DNA of 63,343 nt, filler included, from Sphacelaria rigidula (taxonomy: Eukaryota): NCBI GenBank assembly GCA_964200075.2. It is 7 parts of 7 records of this genome, joined end to end, with 100 filler letters (N's around TTAATTAATTAA, not from the genome) between each part and the next. Parts side by side here need not be neighbours in the genome. Positions count along the whole stretch, not along the records: positions 36,256 to 45,218 come from CAXNAA020009633.1; positions 45,319 to 54,281 come from CAXNAA020009634.1; 5 more parts are not named here. One strand, written 5' to 3'. Numbering within the stretch: position 1 is the stretch's first letter; each line of letters begins with the position of its first letter. A program made the translations under genes and the position numbers. The notes beneath the pieces are model-generated. The model was not told the DNA's origin. It was given only the letters and a program-made list of their open reading frames with translations, and did not search any database. Positions 36,256 through 48,738 of the stretch are shown piece by piece.

Positions 36256-39200
36256 CCGGTCCCGCGGTCGAAGAATCAACCGTTCCACTTCGGCGATAGT
36301 CCAGTACGTGTCACACACAGCCATACCCAGTGGCACAGCGGGCACGCGGCTGGAATGATACGCAAAACCATTGTCGGTCAACGTGCCCAGCGCCTCCCAC
36401 GACGGCTGACGACGGCTCTCCAGCCGCGGGCAAAGGGTTTATCCTCAGACCGCGGTGCGGGTAGTCCGTCTCGATCACGCGTACCGTTTCGTGTGAAATT
36501 GATGCCGACCGAGCGGGTGACCTACCCTGGCGGACAAAGCGTAGCCCGTCCGACTGCGGGGGTCGGTCATCCGAATCAAGCATCGTCCTTTACGTGGAAT
36601 CCATGCCCACTCAACAGATGACCTACTCTCGCCGTCTAGGGGTGAACCGCTTGACCGCGGCGGTAGGTCATTACGGGTCTGTGTTATGTTGGTGAACCTG
36701 TCGTCTGGCTTTCTCGTGAACCCCAATTTATCCATGTGAACATCGTGGGACGCACCGGATCGCCCGCCCTTACAGGACATTTTCTGGTCGAATCGCTCAA
36801 ACCTGACCAGTCACAGGGTCGTCAGGTCGAGCAGACCAAAGTATTTGTTCGTGAAGGTCGGTAGGCCATTCACCTCACGTCCCCTGTATGTTTCGATATA
36901 CTTAACGGACAGTTGTTGGGTTATGCTGAGGCGCCTTCCCTACGAACTTCCTTATCAGATGCGTGCCCCCTGCAGAAACCAACTCGTTAACCGACCCCCC
37001 GCAAACCACGGGCCCCCCTCCGCTACACATGCCTGATCCCGTGGTGGTGACAAATCCACTAGATGCGCCTGAACCTAAACCCCCAACTGCAGTACTGGAC
37101 AGAAACCCCTGGAACAACGCGCCAATTTCCAAACGTTGTGGGATGACATTCCCCAACAGTTGCGGCATATTGTTTTTGATCTATCCGGCGATGGTTGGAT
37201 ACCCACTGTAATCGATAGATTGTGATCCATTTTGATTTGATATTCTGGACGGTTTTCTACTGCACCGTTGGATTTAGGTCGATGTACCACGACACCGTTC
37301 AAAATCAAAATCCCTGATGGCATTCCGCCTATCGCTATGCGTCCGTACCGTACGAACCCCCTCTTGGCGGATAAGTTCCAAGTAACCCTCGATAGTTACT
37401 TATCCGCCTGTTTAATTCGGCACTCGACGGCTCCGTGGGCCTCGCCTTTAGCAGTCGTCCGCAAGAAGAATGGCAAAATCAGGCTGACGGTAAATTATCA
37501 ACGATTGAACGCTGTCACCAAAATCGCCCGGCTGCCTCCTCCACGGATTGATGAAATTATCGACCCTCTTGGCGGGGGGAAGGTATTTTCGAACTTCGAC
37601 ATGCAGTCCGATTACCATCAACTCATGATGGATCCGAAGTCCATTGAACTGACGGCGTTTTGCACGCTATCAGGTTTGTACAAGTGGCTGGTTACACCAC
37701 AAGGTGCCGCCGTAGCCCCAGGTACGTTTCAACGTGTAATGTTCCGTGTGACTGATGGATTTCCCAAATGTCAGTGTACCTTGATGATGCATTGTGCCAC
37801 GACTGCACACCGGCCGAACACGTCGAACAATTGGCATCACTCTTTGGTCAGTTTGAACAACACAACTTGAAACTCGTCCCCTCCAAATCCCCCATTGGCG
37901 CCACGAGGATTGAGTTTCTGGGTGACTGCATCCCCCCCGAAGGTCGTAGTCCAAACCTCAACAAGGTCGCCGCACTCGCCGATATGCCCATGCCACGGGA
38001 CATTTCTCAACTGCGTTCCTTGTTGGGGAGGTCTAAGCTACTACAGACTGTACTTGCCAAACCTTGCCCGAACGCTCAGACCCCTCACCACCCTCCTCAA
38101 AAAGGGGGTGAAATTTGTGTTCACATCGGAAATGAAAAAAATCGTCCGCCATCTTCTTGACACCCTTTCGCGCCCGACGATTCTCGTCTTCCCCGACTGG
38201 TCGGCAGCGGAATATGGTTCCCGCCTTTCCGTCTCCACACAGGTTCTTCCAAAATTGGGCTTGGCTGCGTATTAGAACAGGAGCACGACGATGCTACTGT
38301 TCGTCCCATTGTATATCTGAGTCGCATCACTTTTCCAAATGAACAGAATTGGTCTGTCATGGAATAATAGGCCAGCGCAGTTATTTGGGGCGTGCGACGT
38401 CTGCGTCAGTATTTGTATGACATCCCGTGTGTGATGTATACGGATCATAAGTCTTTGGAAAGCCTCGCCAAAATGGCGGAACACAACGCTAGGGTACAAC
38501 GCTGGTTCGAAATTCTGTCGTCTTACAACTTCCAGTTGAAATATCGCACAGGTCCGCAAAATGCAAACGCCGACTTCCTGTCACGCTTGCCCGCACCGGC
38601 TCAACCTATCGATGAATCCCCCATGGGACGTATCACCGATCCCACCGAAGACGTTGTATATTTCATTAGCAAGAATGGACATAGAGGTCTCTACACACCG
38701 CTCTCACTGAGAAAACACCGGCTTTAGGCATGGGTGGGCTGACTTCCACAGCCCACGCATCAGTGCTGGGCAGCTTGCAACCTCAATCGTTGTAGTCAGT
38801 CTGGAGTGGACTGTCTACGGATGCTGTTGGCTATGATCATTTTCGTGCAACTGGCCAACGCATGGTTTTCGCAGCAGGTGTAGAACCGCCCTTTGCTGAC
38901 TCCGTCTCACGAGTTCAAGTTCGAGATTAGATTTCGAGTAGGACTCGTGGACGGCGGACGGCCGAAACGGCCACCGAATTAGCCGTATCTGGTCCTGACC
39001 TTCCCCTACCTGCCCCCACCCCGGTCCCCCATAGTTTCCTTGCGCTCCTCAACCTCCACGACGCAAGGCACCCAGAAACTCGATCCCGACCGTGTCTCCC
39101 TTGCCAACCATAGCCGAAACCACAGCTGTGCCCCCCTCCCTTGGCGATGATACTGACAAAACCACCACGAAACCCACCACGCTAATCGACGCAGGAGTAG

Positions 39201-42065
39201 ATGTTAGCGTTCCGCCTGAGAATACACCACCTGGTAGGCTCATCCTTGAGTCCGACATCACCGCTTCTTGTCACCCCCGCTCCGAACCGACCCAACGCGA
39301 AGTAGACGCTTCAACAGATAGCGCATTCATGGAACGTTTGACGCTCTTCTCCCACGCCGATTGGGCCCGGAAACAACATGCACAACCTGCTTTTAAATCG
39401 GCTATCCATTATCTATCCAAAGGTTGCCCGTGTCCATTCTCCGAAATCGAGTTCCTTTTGCCCGTCGGGAACCTCAAAGCCCCCACACAGGATGAAGTTA
39501 CTGAACTTTCGCGGAAAGGTATGCTGCATACGGATGATGATGGTGCAGTTCTGTTAGTTCACCGGCCCACAGCGGCCCTCCCCAGGGGGAAGCCTACAGG
39601 TTGACATGCCCACTTGCTAGGTGATGAACTCATCCGAATATATGTCCTGATGCTCCTGCGCCCATGGGTTCTACGCGAATGCGATTCATAGGCATCGACT
39701 CATTTGGGACCTCCCAGATGGTGTAACGTTTTTATTGGTGGATTAGCATGGATCAGTGTCCTCGTTGGTGGGTTCGGCGTTGTCTCTTGTTCCGAGCGCA
39801 AGACTTCACGTCAAGCAGTTCGTTGGCTGATTGTTTTCATGCCACTCCGAATCGGGCCTGGTGAAGTAGTTTCGTGGGACTATTTTGGTCCTTTGCCCCT
39901 GATGGATAGTGGTAATAAGTATATTTCGTTGTATACAGATAGATTTAGTCGACACGCGGAGATGCACGCTGTCCCGACCAGTAGCTATAACGCGGAAGGT
40001 ACCGCCAATATTCTTGTTTACATGTACATCCTACAGTGGGGCGTGCCCAAACGATTACTGTCTGACAACGGCCCGCATGTTTCAGGCAAACTTGCGGCCG
40101 CAGTCAGTGACCTTTTTGGTGCCCACCGCATTTTCACTAGTTCGTATCATCCTTCCACCAATGGTGGAACGGAACGAGTGAACCATACGATGGCACAGAT
40201 GCTTGCTGCTGTGGCGAATGACAGACAGATGGAGTGGGATCTTCATCTTCCCCTCGTCCAAATGAACCATAACAATTCAGTCAATGCCGCGACGGGATTG
40301 GCACCGAATGAAATTCATATTGGTCGCATGCCTAGGTTGCCTTTGACGGTGTTTGGACACAAAAATATGGTGGGCATCAGAGTCTGGATCGTGATGTTGT
40401 CGAGTATTATTTGTCGGTTAGCAATCGTCTTCGTCTTGCATATGAAGTGATACGAGGACAGTACCAAATCAAGATGTCCAAGGTGGCCAGGGCGAACTCG
40501 GTGTTGGATGATGTGGTACATATCCGCCCGGTGTGGAAGGTAGGCCAATGGGCATGGGTATATAACGATGTGAAGACCATCAATCATGGGGCTAGCTCAA
40601 AATCAACCTCTTTGGACAAGGTGTTGAAGGCGAAACCTCCCTTAAACTGGACTGGTCCTTGGGAAATTTTGGCTGTTGGTCCAAGCGCTACCGCACCCGA
40701 CAAACGTCCGGTGGGAGCGAAACGTTGGTATTTAGATTTCCCACGGATGAACCTGGTTTGAAGCCGAAAAATCGCGTCTCGATACTACGATGTAAAACGT
40801 GTATCCCCCCTCATGACTCCTCGGCCATGCCCAGACTACTGCCGCTGGGGCTAAGCCAGTATATGTTGATCAAGTATGCGATCAAAACTCCGCCGGATCA
40901 TATGACGGTCGAGGATGCGGACAGACCCTTGGAACGTGTTGCGGTAGATAAGAGTTCGGGCCATTAACTGGTCCGCGGCCGTGGTAGTAAGATAGCGGGA
41001 ATATATCAAACACAGTGTAAGGGTATCATGCGTGTCACATGGGAGCGTGAAGTTGACTTGCGTCATTTTCGTCGGGGAATACTGATGTACGTGGTACGAG
41101 ATGCCGTCCAATACCGCCCGTTGAATAAGAGATATAGGTCTATGCGCAAGGGAGCTGCCGCTCGGGAACTGGTGCGTGAGCACTCAGCGCGGTTTGTCGT
41201 AGCAGGGTGTAGCCTTCTTTCGCGTTCGCAATACATGCAGTCTTTTCACAGACAACGTTTGCCAAATGGGGCGTACTTTTGGTATAAGGCTTTGGATTTA
41301 CCGTGGTGGTTGAGTAAGATTCACTTGGTCGACCCTGCCTCTGACAACTCCTACTTTATTCGTTCCCTCCATGACCCGAACCCCCTTGAGATTCGCTTGG
41401 ATGATGCCTACTTCACCGAGGTGCCGACCGCTCGCCGGGGATCCTTGTTCCTCCAACGACATGACCAAGGTGATCTCGACACAGCCGTTCTACGCAACAC
41501 GGACACCGGTTGGGATGCAGAAGACTCATGATGCCGCATCCGAGTCTGCTTCCCCATTCACGTTGCTTAGTGTACCATGTTCGAGTCGCTTGTCTTGAGC
41601 CGTAGCGTCGTTAGAAAACCACGTGTGCCCCCCCTCCCCCCCCTTCATTTTTTTTTCGTACTGCTGTAGCCCCCGTCCTTGCAGTGGTTGTATCTTGTAT
41701 CTTGTATTCTGTATTTTGTATTTGTTTTCTTTTTTTTTTGTCTTGGACCCTGTCTTTGTGTTTTGTTTTGTCTTGTCTTGTGTTGTTTTGTTTCTTCTTT
41801 TCGACTCGTGTTTTGTATTTTTGCTTTGTGTTTGATGCATATATTTTTTTTCTGGTTATTTCTGGGTGCATATGTCAAAGTATTACGTGACGACCGTTAC
41901 GTGACGACCGTCCCACATTCCTGATCCCGAGTCTGGAGCACTTGAACTTTCGTTTCCGCGCCGTACACTCGCGACCATTCCGTATACTGGAACAGTTACC
42001 ACGAGTTGTTTTTCTTTCCTTTCTTCGTTGTACGCACCTTTTGTCTTGTTTTGTTTATTATCTGT

Positions 42066-42327
42066 GACTGCTGCCGAGATAGCCCCCCCCCAAACCAGCC
42101 AAAAACGTGCACGGGGGCGATACTCATAAATGCCCTTAGAGCCGGTTTCTTGCTGCCCGACGCGACTCATTTGGGGGTCGAAGCTGATTTCGTCCTCGCT
42201 ACACGCCTCTCATGTGGGCGAAGTTGCTGTAAACGAGCCCAACAGTGGAATCGCAGCCGGTTTGCCGGGCTATCCCGGCATTAGTCTCCGGTGCACTTTT
42301 TGTAGGGGGGCTATCCCGGCATTAGTC
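42066..42327 (+). mobile_element. 262-bp MITE with GAC...GTC ends and perfect 4-bp TSD CTGT
   Basis: TIR GACT(GC/AA)TGCCG(A/G)GATAGCCCCCC. TSD at 42062-42065 and 42328-42331. Confidence 0.88.
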
Positions 42328-42574
42328 CTGTTTTCTTTTTGTTGTTTGTCTCATCGGTCGAGAGTTTCCGGAGCGTGCGCTAGACATACCTGACCGCCCG
42401 ATTGCTCTTCCGGAACTGACGGTTCCACCATATCGATATTCGATCACTGGTACAGCCTACAGGCTCAGAGCCCTCCACTCGCTACTTTTCTTGTCACTGC
42501 TTACACCAGTTATTTGCGTACGGTTACCCGCCCATGAAATCAGTCGGTGGTGTTTTGTTTTCATCAGGGGCTAT

Positions 42575-42917
42575 TGGACGAAGTAACGTGACGGCACGAC
42601 CGGCTGTGGTTTTTGCTTTAGTTTGTGTGCGAGCCAATCTCGTTTTAGCCCGAACGGACAAATACCCGTGAGGAGTGGACTGCGTTGGCCCTCTCTCTCC
42701 CGTGTATTTGTCGTGGTTCAGAAATGTACGGGTGGCCGCTGGGGTGCCTGCAACCTCAATTCTGGACGTTACAGACGTTGCATAAGGTCTGCAACGTCCA
42801 GAATTGAGGTTGCAGGCACCCCAGTGGCCACCCGTGTGTGTTGGACGATCCGCCTCGGAACTACGTAGTAGCTCCAATGGTTGTGTATTGACTCAAATAC
42901 ATTTCCTTTGACGTGCA
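42575..42917 (+). repeat. Putative 3' LTR of the contig-5 Gypsy
   Basis: Follows a short purine tract (aggggctat). TGGACG...CGTGCA ends, with aataca near the 3' end. The partner LTR is absent, so the boundaries are tentative. Confidence 0.5.
42728..42835. repeat. Long inverted repeat: 49-bp arms, 2 mismatches, 10-nt loop
   Basis: acgggtggccgctggggtgcctgcaacctcaattctggacgttacagac-gttgcataag-gtctgcaacgtccagaattgaggttgcaggcaccccagtggccacccgt. Confidence 0.95.
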
Positions 42918-44071
42918 CGGATGCCCGACCTCACAAACCGGCCGGCTGTTTCCATATCTCGTCGTGTGAGAAAAAACAAATGCTGTACGGCTGGATTATC
43001 ACTCAGACGTACTTGGCAACACGTTGCTCTCACGAACATGAACCGACAATTAACTCACGACGACCGGGTTGATTTGTCCGTATCATGCGTATTTCGCTGT
43101 TTTGAACGTATGGTTTTCGCGGGAAACCACCTTTTTCGCGACGAAATCGGATGTACGTTGTTGGCTTTTGCTGATTGACTGGGACGAGTGATTAGCATAA
43201 AATTGGTTACCGAAGTGATATAATGCCTTGACGGGCTTGCTTGTCTTTCTACCAATGAAACTGAAAACAACGCGAACTTCCGGGAAAGAGTGAACTATTA
43301 TATTTATGATATAGTTATTACAGTGTAGGATGATCGTTTTAATGATGGACCTCTGATTTCCTGTGACTATCCCGGAAATGCTCGCGCCATTTTTGAGGAC
43401 ACTGCATTGTTTTGGCACAGTATATCGGTTTGATTTTCTCGTGTTTGCTATTTTTTTATTCTTGGACTTTCCATAATTCCCCCTGAAATGCTCACGGAAT
43501 TTTAGGACACTGCATTCTTGTATCGGTTCGATGTTTTTCCTTTTGCTTTGTTTTTGTGTCTGTTCTTTTTCTGTTTTTTGTTGTGTTGGTCGTACCTTAT
43601 CGCTCCCCGTACCAAAGAATACTTGATCTTTAAAATGAGTCTCAGCTTTTTGTGGTGTGGGAGTGGTGTGTCTCGATGCAAGTTTGTCCCTTCTGAAAAG
43701 GAACTGCACTTGTCCAGTGGGCTATTGTGATGGTATATAACCGCGTGCGAGAATTGAACTAGCACAGTGGGATATCACGATCGTTTCACAAACGATCGGC
43801 GGGTATGAAAATATTCTAGTCGAATGTGTGCCTGCAAAGTGAATATATAAGTGGTGGGTTTTGGATATCACTGCTCGTTTTGAGGAACTTGTAGACTGGT
43901 CTGCGTATTTTTGGCCGTGCAAATACTCTCCTGCTAGTAGAGCTTTGATCGGCTGAAGGCACGCGCCAGTCTTGAAGGCACGCATCAGGCTGATTTTGAA
44001 ATATGGCAGATGTACGCGAGGCGGCAGGATGCGGTTTTCGAACACCGCCGTCCCCCCCACCGCCCCTTGAA

Positions 44072-44315
44072 GAGTCATCCTACGATAGGGGGGATATTTT
44101 GGGCCACTTCTTACACGAAATTTCAAGGCAAATCGCCGTGAAATCAGCAACGGTTGCTCGAACGAGCTCGCTAGATACAAAACGCTCATTCATACCGATT
44201 GACACCGTTTTGAACGAAATACAAGCGCATCGCGAGTGTTGCAGGTCATCTGACACACTTATCAGCCTTTTTTTTCGTGCAATCGAATACCCCCCCCCCT
44301 CTTGTAGGATGACTC
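44072..44315 (+). mobile_element. 244-bp MITE with GAG...CTC ends and a probable 4-bp TSD
   Basis: TIR GAGTCATCCTAC(G/A)A(T/G)AGGGGG, flanks TGAA/CGAA. Confidence 0.8.
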
Positions 44316-45218
44316 CGAAGTCACTTTGTGTTCACCGACCATCGAGCCGACATCTTTTGGATATAGGGTTACGTAGAAACACTAATTCGAGAAGGGTCTC
44401 CTGCTATCCCCTGCGCAACTGGCTCCTGACATCCTCTGGTCTACAAGTCCGTGACTTGACTAACGTAAGTCACGTGTACCATAATCCCTCGCTTATATTG
44501 TGTCTATCATTTGTATGCACAAGCGTGTCGTCTGGTGTAATTCCCCACACAACAGCTACTTTGTTGTGCGTTGAGATTGAGAACCTCCAGCTTTGACATT
44601 ACGAGCCGAGCACAGGATAAGCTTGTCACATCCCTCCCTTGGGGTACGGCTTGCTGTTGCTGCTGCTTTCATGTAGCAGTTGTGTTCCATAGTGACGAAC
44701 GTAATAACAATAACGCGACGCACGTAGCCCCAGCGGAGACCAAACCGTGCTCGCCAAGGTCTAAACGCACACATCACAGCACAGTGACAGCTACAGCACA
44801 TAAGAATGGGCGTGGGTGTGTTGATGCTGCAGCACAATGAACGAAACAGGATATGTCCCATGTAATAGTTCTTCCCCTAATTCCAGATGGGTCCTCTGTA
44901 TTCGCGGAGTACCGATTTTGAAACCTTCGGCGAGAATCACGCTTCGCACAAAAGTATTTTCATTCACTTTGAGTTAGCCTTATCTGTCGGAGGTGAGCGT
45001 AATATTGTACGACTTACGTGCTGAGTTGACAAGGGGTGTCATTGAGTGATCTTGCTCGAAAATTACTTTTCTTCGGGCTCTAGTGCGCTAAACACGCAAA
45101 AATCAAGAGTAAGTGTAAAGTATTTCACGAGAGCGATCGGGATTGGTTCACCCCCCCCCCCCCCCCCCCCCGCCCCCCGCGAGAGGGGGGGCGGGCGGCA
45201 CCCGCACCCCACTCCGAC

Positions 45219-45318
45219 NNNNNNNNNNNNNNNNNNNNNNNNNNNNNNNNNNNNNNNNNNNNTTAATTAATTAANNNNNNNNNNNNNNNNNNNNNNNNNN
45301 NNNNNNNNNNNNNNNNNN
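45219..45318. other. Artificial contig spacer
   Basis: N44-TTAATTAATTAA-N44. Confidence 0.98.
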
Positions 45319-45481
45319 GGTCCGGCGAAAACCCGGCGTGCTCCGTCGCGGCTTTGTAGGGATGCGAGGTCAATGGTCTTATGACTATGGTATGCATGAT
45401 CATGAGTGCACCCTCCCTGTGCGCGCCTCCACACCCCGCCCGTCCCCCACCTCACGACGTTGACAAACGTTCTATGAACAG

Positions 45482-47410
45482 ACGCTTGGCCGTCTCTGTG
45501 CGCGTGCCCTCCAACTCCACCCTCGTAACGCGGGGCTGTGGATCAAAGCCGCCAGTTGGGAGTTTTTCGAGGTGGGGAACACATCGTCCGCGCGCTCTCT
45601 CATGCAGCGCGGCCTGCGCATCAACCCCGACGCGCGCAAGCTCTGGCTCCAGTACTTCCGTTTGGAGTTCTACTACGTCGAGAAGATCATGGGTCGGCGA
45701 GAGCTGCTCGGTTTGGAGGGCGATGGGGACGGTGGCGGAGCATCCACGGAGAGAGACGGTGGCGATGCCGTCGTGGGGTCTACCCGGGAGGGACCGAGAG
45801 AAAGCGAGGCCATGGATATCCCGCAACTTGAGGGCGAGGGAGAAGGCAACGACGCAGCTGAAAGGAGACCGAGTTTCAAGGGTGTCCGGAAAGCGGCTTC
45901 TGCCGAGCGAGAGGAAGCCGCACAAACGGCAGGCTCTGTGATGAACGATACGGTGCGGCGATTCTACAGGGGCGCGGTCCCGCTCGCCGTTTATCGAGCG
46001 GCTGTCAAAGCGGTTCCGGATGACGTCGAATTTCGAGCCGGGTTTTTGCGGTGCTGCGCGCTGGACTTCCCTGCACTCGGGGCCGAGGTGGCGCAGGCCA
46101 TACTGACCTCCATCGCCGAGGATTTTTCCGAGAATTGCGATGCATGGGAGTTGCGGGCGTCGTACCCGTTATTGGTGGCTGAAGGGTCCGGCGAAGCTGG
46201 GGGAGAGGCGGGAGAGGGGGTCGGGGGCGAGGGCGAGGGCAAGGGCGTGACTAGTGCACCGAGCCATTCAGGATCAGCATTTGGCGAGAGCGTGAAAATA
46301 TTCGAGCGAGCGGTGGAGGAGATCGGTAACCGCGGGCCGGAGATATGGATGCGGTACGCGATGTTTTTGCAGAGGATGGTAGTAGCGTCGGGCGAGGGGA
46401 GGCGCCGGAGAAAGAGTGATGCTAGATCGAAGGCAGCGCTACGGACGGAAACGCGTGAACTCGTCCAACTCATGCAGGAAGTGCTCATGAAGGCGGTCGA
46501 GATGCACGTCGACAAGAATCACAAGAATTTTGTTGTGGCCGCTGCAGTTGGTGGCGGTGTGGAGGCCGCGGTGAGCGAGGCTGCCGCGGCGGAGCGCCGG
46601 AAAATTGCGACTGGTAAGGAAGCAGACCCCGAGGAGATGGATAAGATCCGAGCGGATGCTCAGGAGGCCCTCGGCGTTGGACTGGCGGACGTGTCCCTGA
46701 TGCTCGATGAACCCGAGGCGGCTCTTGCTGCGCTTCGTGCTACGGCGAACTGCCTCCCCACTCGACCAGGCCCGTGGCTTCGTCTGTCTTCCTTGGAACG
46801 CCGGGCAAAAACTCTGAGAGGGGAAGCTATGGAAGACAACCTGGGGAAAGTCGCGGAAACGGCGTCTCGTGATACTAGTCGTCAAGAGGAGATAACGCCC
46901 ACAGCACAGAGCGATGGACAGATGATCATAGGTTGCAAGAAGGGCACTAGGAGGAGAAAGGCCCGGGATCAAAGTGTGGACACCCTCCGACGAGCTTTGA
47001 AAGCCGTTCCGGCCACCGATCTCGGGTACCCTACGCTGTGGCGGGAGTTGCTGGGATCTTTAGTGGCCGGCGGCGCCGGCAAAAAAGCAATCACCGCCGC
47101 TTTTCGAGGCGCCATCGAGGGATGCAATCCTTCCGGGGCGGATCCCGGAGACGCCCAGGGGGAGTTTTTGACGGGGTACATTAGGTGGAGCGCCGCGGTT
47201 GAGGGTGTGGAAGGGGCCCGAAGTGCCCTGCAGTGGGCCAGGCGGTCGTTTTTGCTGTCGGGCGCCGGGGCGGCGCCGGCCTACTTGGCGGCGATTGAAC
47301 TGGAGCGGATGCTCGGCGAGGAGGGCGGAGGGGGGGTTGCGGGCGGTGCTCGTACGGGTGCGGGGCGTCAAGCGGAAGGAAGGTCGAAGCGTGTCCGAGA
47401 ATTATTTGAG
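45482..47410 (+). CDS. UTP6: U3 snoRNA-associated protein 6 homolog (HAT repeats), one large internal exon
   Basis: gaacAG|ACG...GAG|GTGAGA, 643 codons. ALQLHPRNAGLWIKAASWEFFEVGNTSSARSLMQRGLRINPDARKLWLQYFRLEFYY is the characteristic UTP6 HAT region. Confidence 0.9.
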
Positions 47411-48262
47411 GTGAGAGCATTCATGACTTGGGGTGTCGTCAGACTACATGAGTTGTGATCGTGTACGTGTTTGTTTTTTTCTCGCTCGGAGACACTTTGT
47501 GTGTGAAGTGCAGCAGTGTCAGTGCGATCTGTCCGTCTGTCTGTCCGTCTGTCTTGGGTTGTGGTTTTTCTCCGTCCGGATGTACGATTTCATTCGTGTC
47601 GGCCCGAGCTTGACGGGGAATAATCGTCGTCGCTCACGAAGCGGCGTTACGTCGGACAAGAGTTTTGTTACACTGTTGCTCCCCGATCGAGGCCCTTCGC
47701 CGGTGCCAGCTTGTCGATGGCGGTAGGCTCCACAAAGCTGCAGTTGCTGCTTGATATGCGTGCGCGTGGGTCCTAGGAATCCAAAGTAGAGCTGCACCAA
47801 GTACCACCACACCGCTCGTGATCCAAGACGCTGTGCGTTTCAAGTCCGCCACGTGGTAGTTTATTCATGTACTGCCTCGCGGTCATATCCTTGGCGCTTG
47901 CGTGTTAGCTGGAGTTTAGATGTAATGGCGCTGGAACTACGTTTGACGACATTACTCTTTACAGCGGGTACCTCTGGAAATTGGAAATACAAACGTGTCG
48001 ATGGCAGCTGCTTGTTGCCATCTTCGTGTACCCGTATCAATCATACTACATACGTAGGCTCTGCAGTTTTTTTGTCTCACAATGTCATCAAAATTCACAT
48101 CAGAAGGACCGAGGATGCCCCAATGTCCACTTGCCACATGCACCTGACGTGAGATACTACGGTACGCCCCCTCCCCCTCTGGTGACATGACGATAGCAAG
48201 ATCATTAGTACTGTAGACTTGTCTGAAACCATAGTATTGCTCCAGAGGCTTCCTCCCAGGGC

Positions 48263-48460
48263 TGCAGAGACTTCAAGACTCCAGCAGTTACACAAACAGC
48301 TATCTTCGTTGAGATTACAAATGATCACTGTTTTGCTCTCCCTGTAGACACAATATGTTACGCATCCGATGATCATCCTCCACCCCATTGTCACAAGATC
48401 CAACTTGATATCCACCTGCTACTGTACTCATGCTAGAGGTGCTACTGTACTTTCTCTGCA
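48263..48460 (-). repeat. 3' LTR (198 bp) of the contig-6 Gypsy
   Basis: TGCAGAGA...TCTCTGCA terminal inverted repeat, preceded on the minus strand by the purine tract tagggggtac (48461-48470). Confidence 0.75.
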
Positions 48461-48738
48461 GTACCCCCTAGCTACGTTCTACTAAACGGTAGGAAGCGAG
48501 CTGGATCACCAGTAGACACCGACAAAAAATCTGGGATGTCAACAAAGAACAATCATGCAATACCATACTGCATTAGTGAAACCTTGGTGACGCTCAGTTT
48601 CTCTTGCCCGCACCAATTTCAAATCACTACCCCTTGCCAGTACAATTGAAAAACAGCAGCACGAGCTACGCGTAATTTACATGCAAACGAGAACGAAGCG
48701 GTATACTCGACGAACACCAATCGCATGATACAATCCAT

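Larger units (their letters stand above)
36256..42917 (+). mobile_element. Decayed Ty3/Gypsy LTR retrotransposon, 5'-truncated by the contig end: RT-RNase H-integrase-chromodomain
   Basis: RT (PWASPLAVVRKKNGKIRLTVNYQRLN, DMQSDYHQL, YLDD near 37777), RNase H (YTDHKSL, NANADFLSR) and integrase (WDYFGPLP, LLSDNG, YHPSTNGGTERVN, WTGPW). Several frameshifts and stops. RT-RH-IN order is Gypsy. Confidence 0.95.

Noticed and set aside
23218-47410. Functional cluster of Tweety, carbonic anhydrase and UTP6
   Set aside because: The genes lie on different contigs that were joined artificially by size order.
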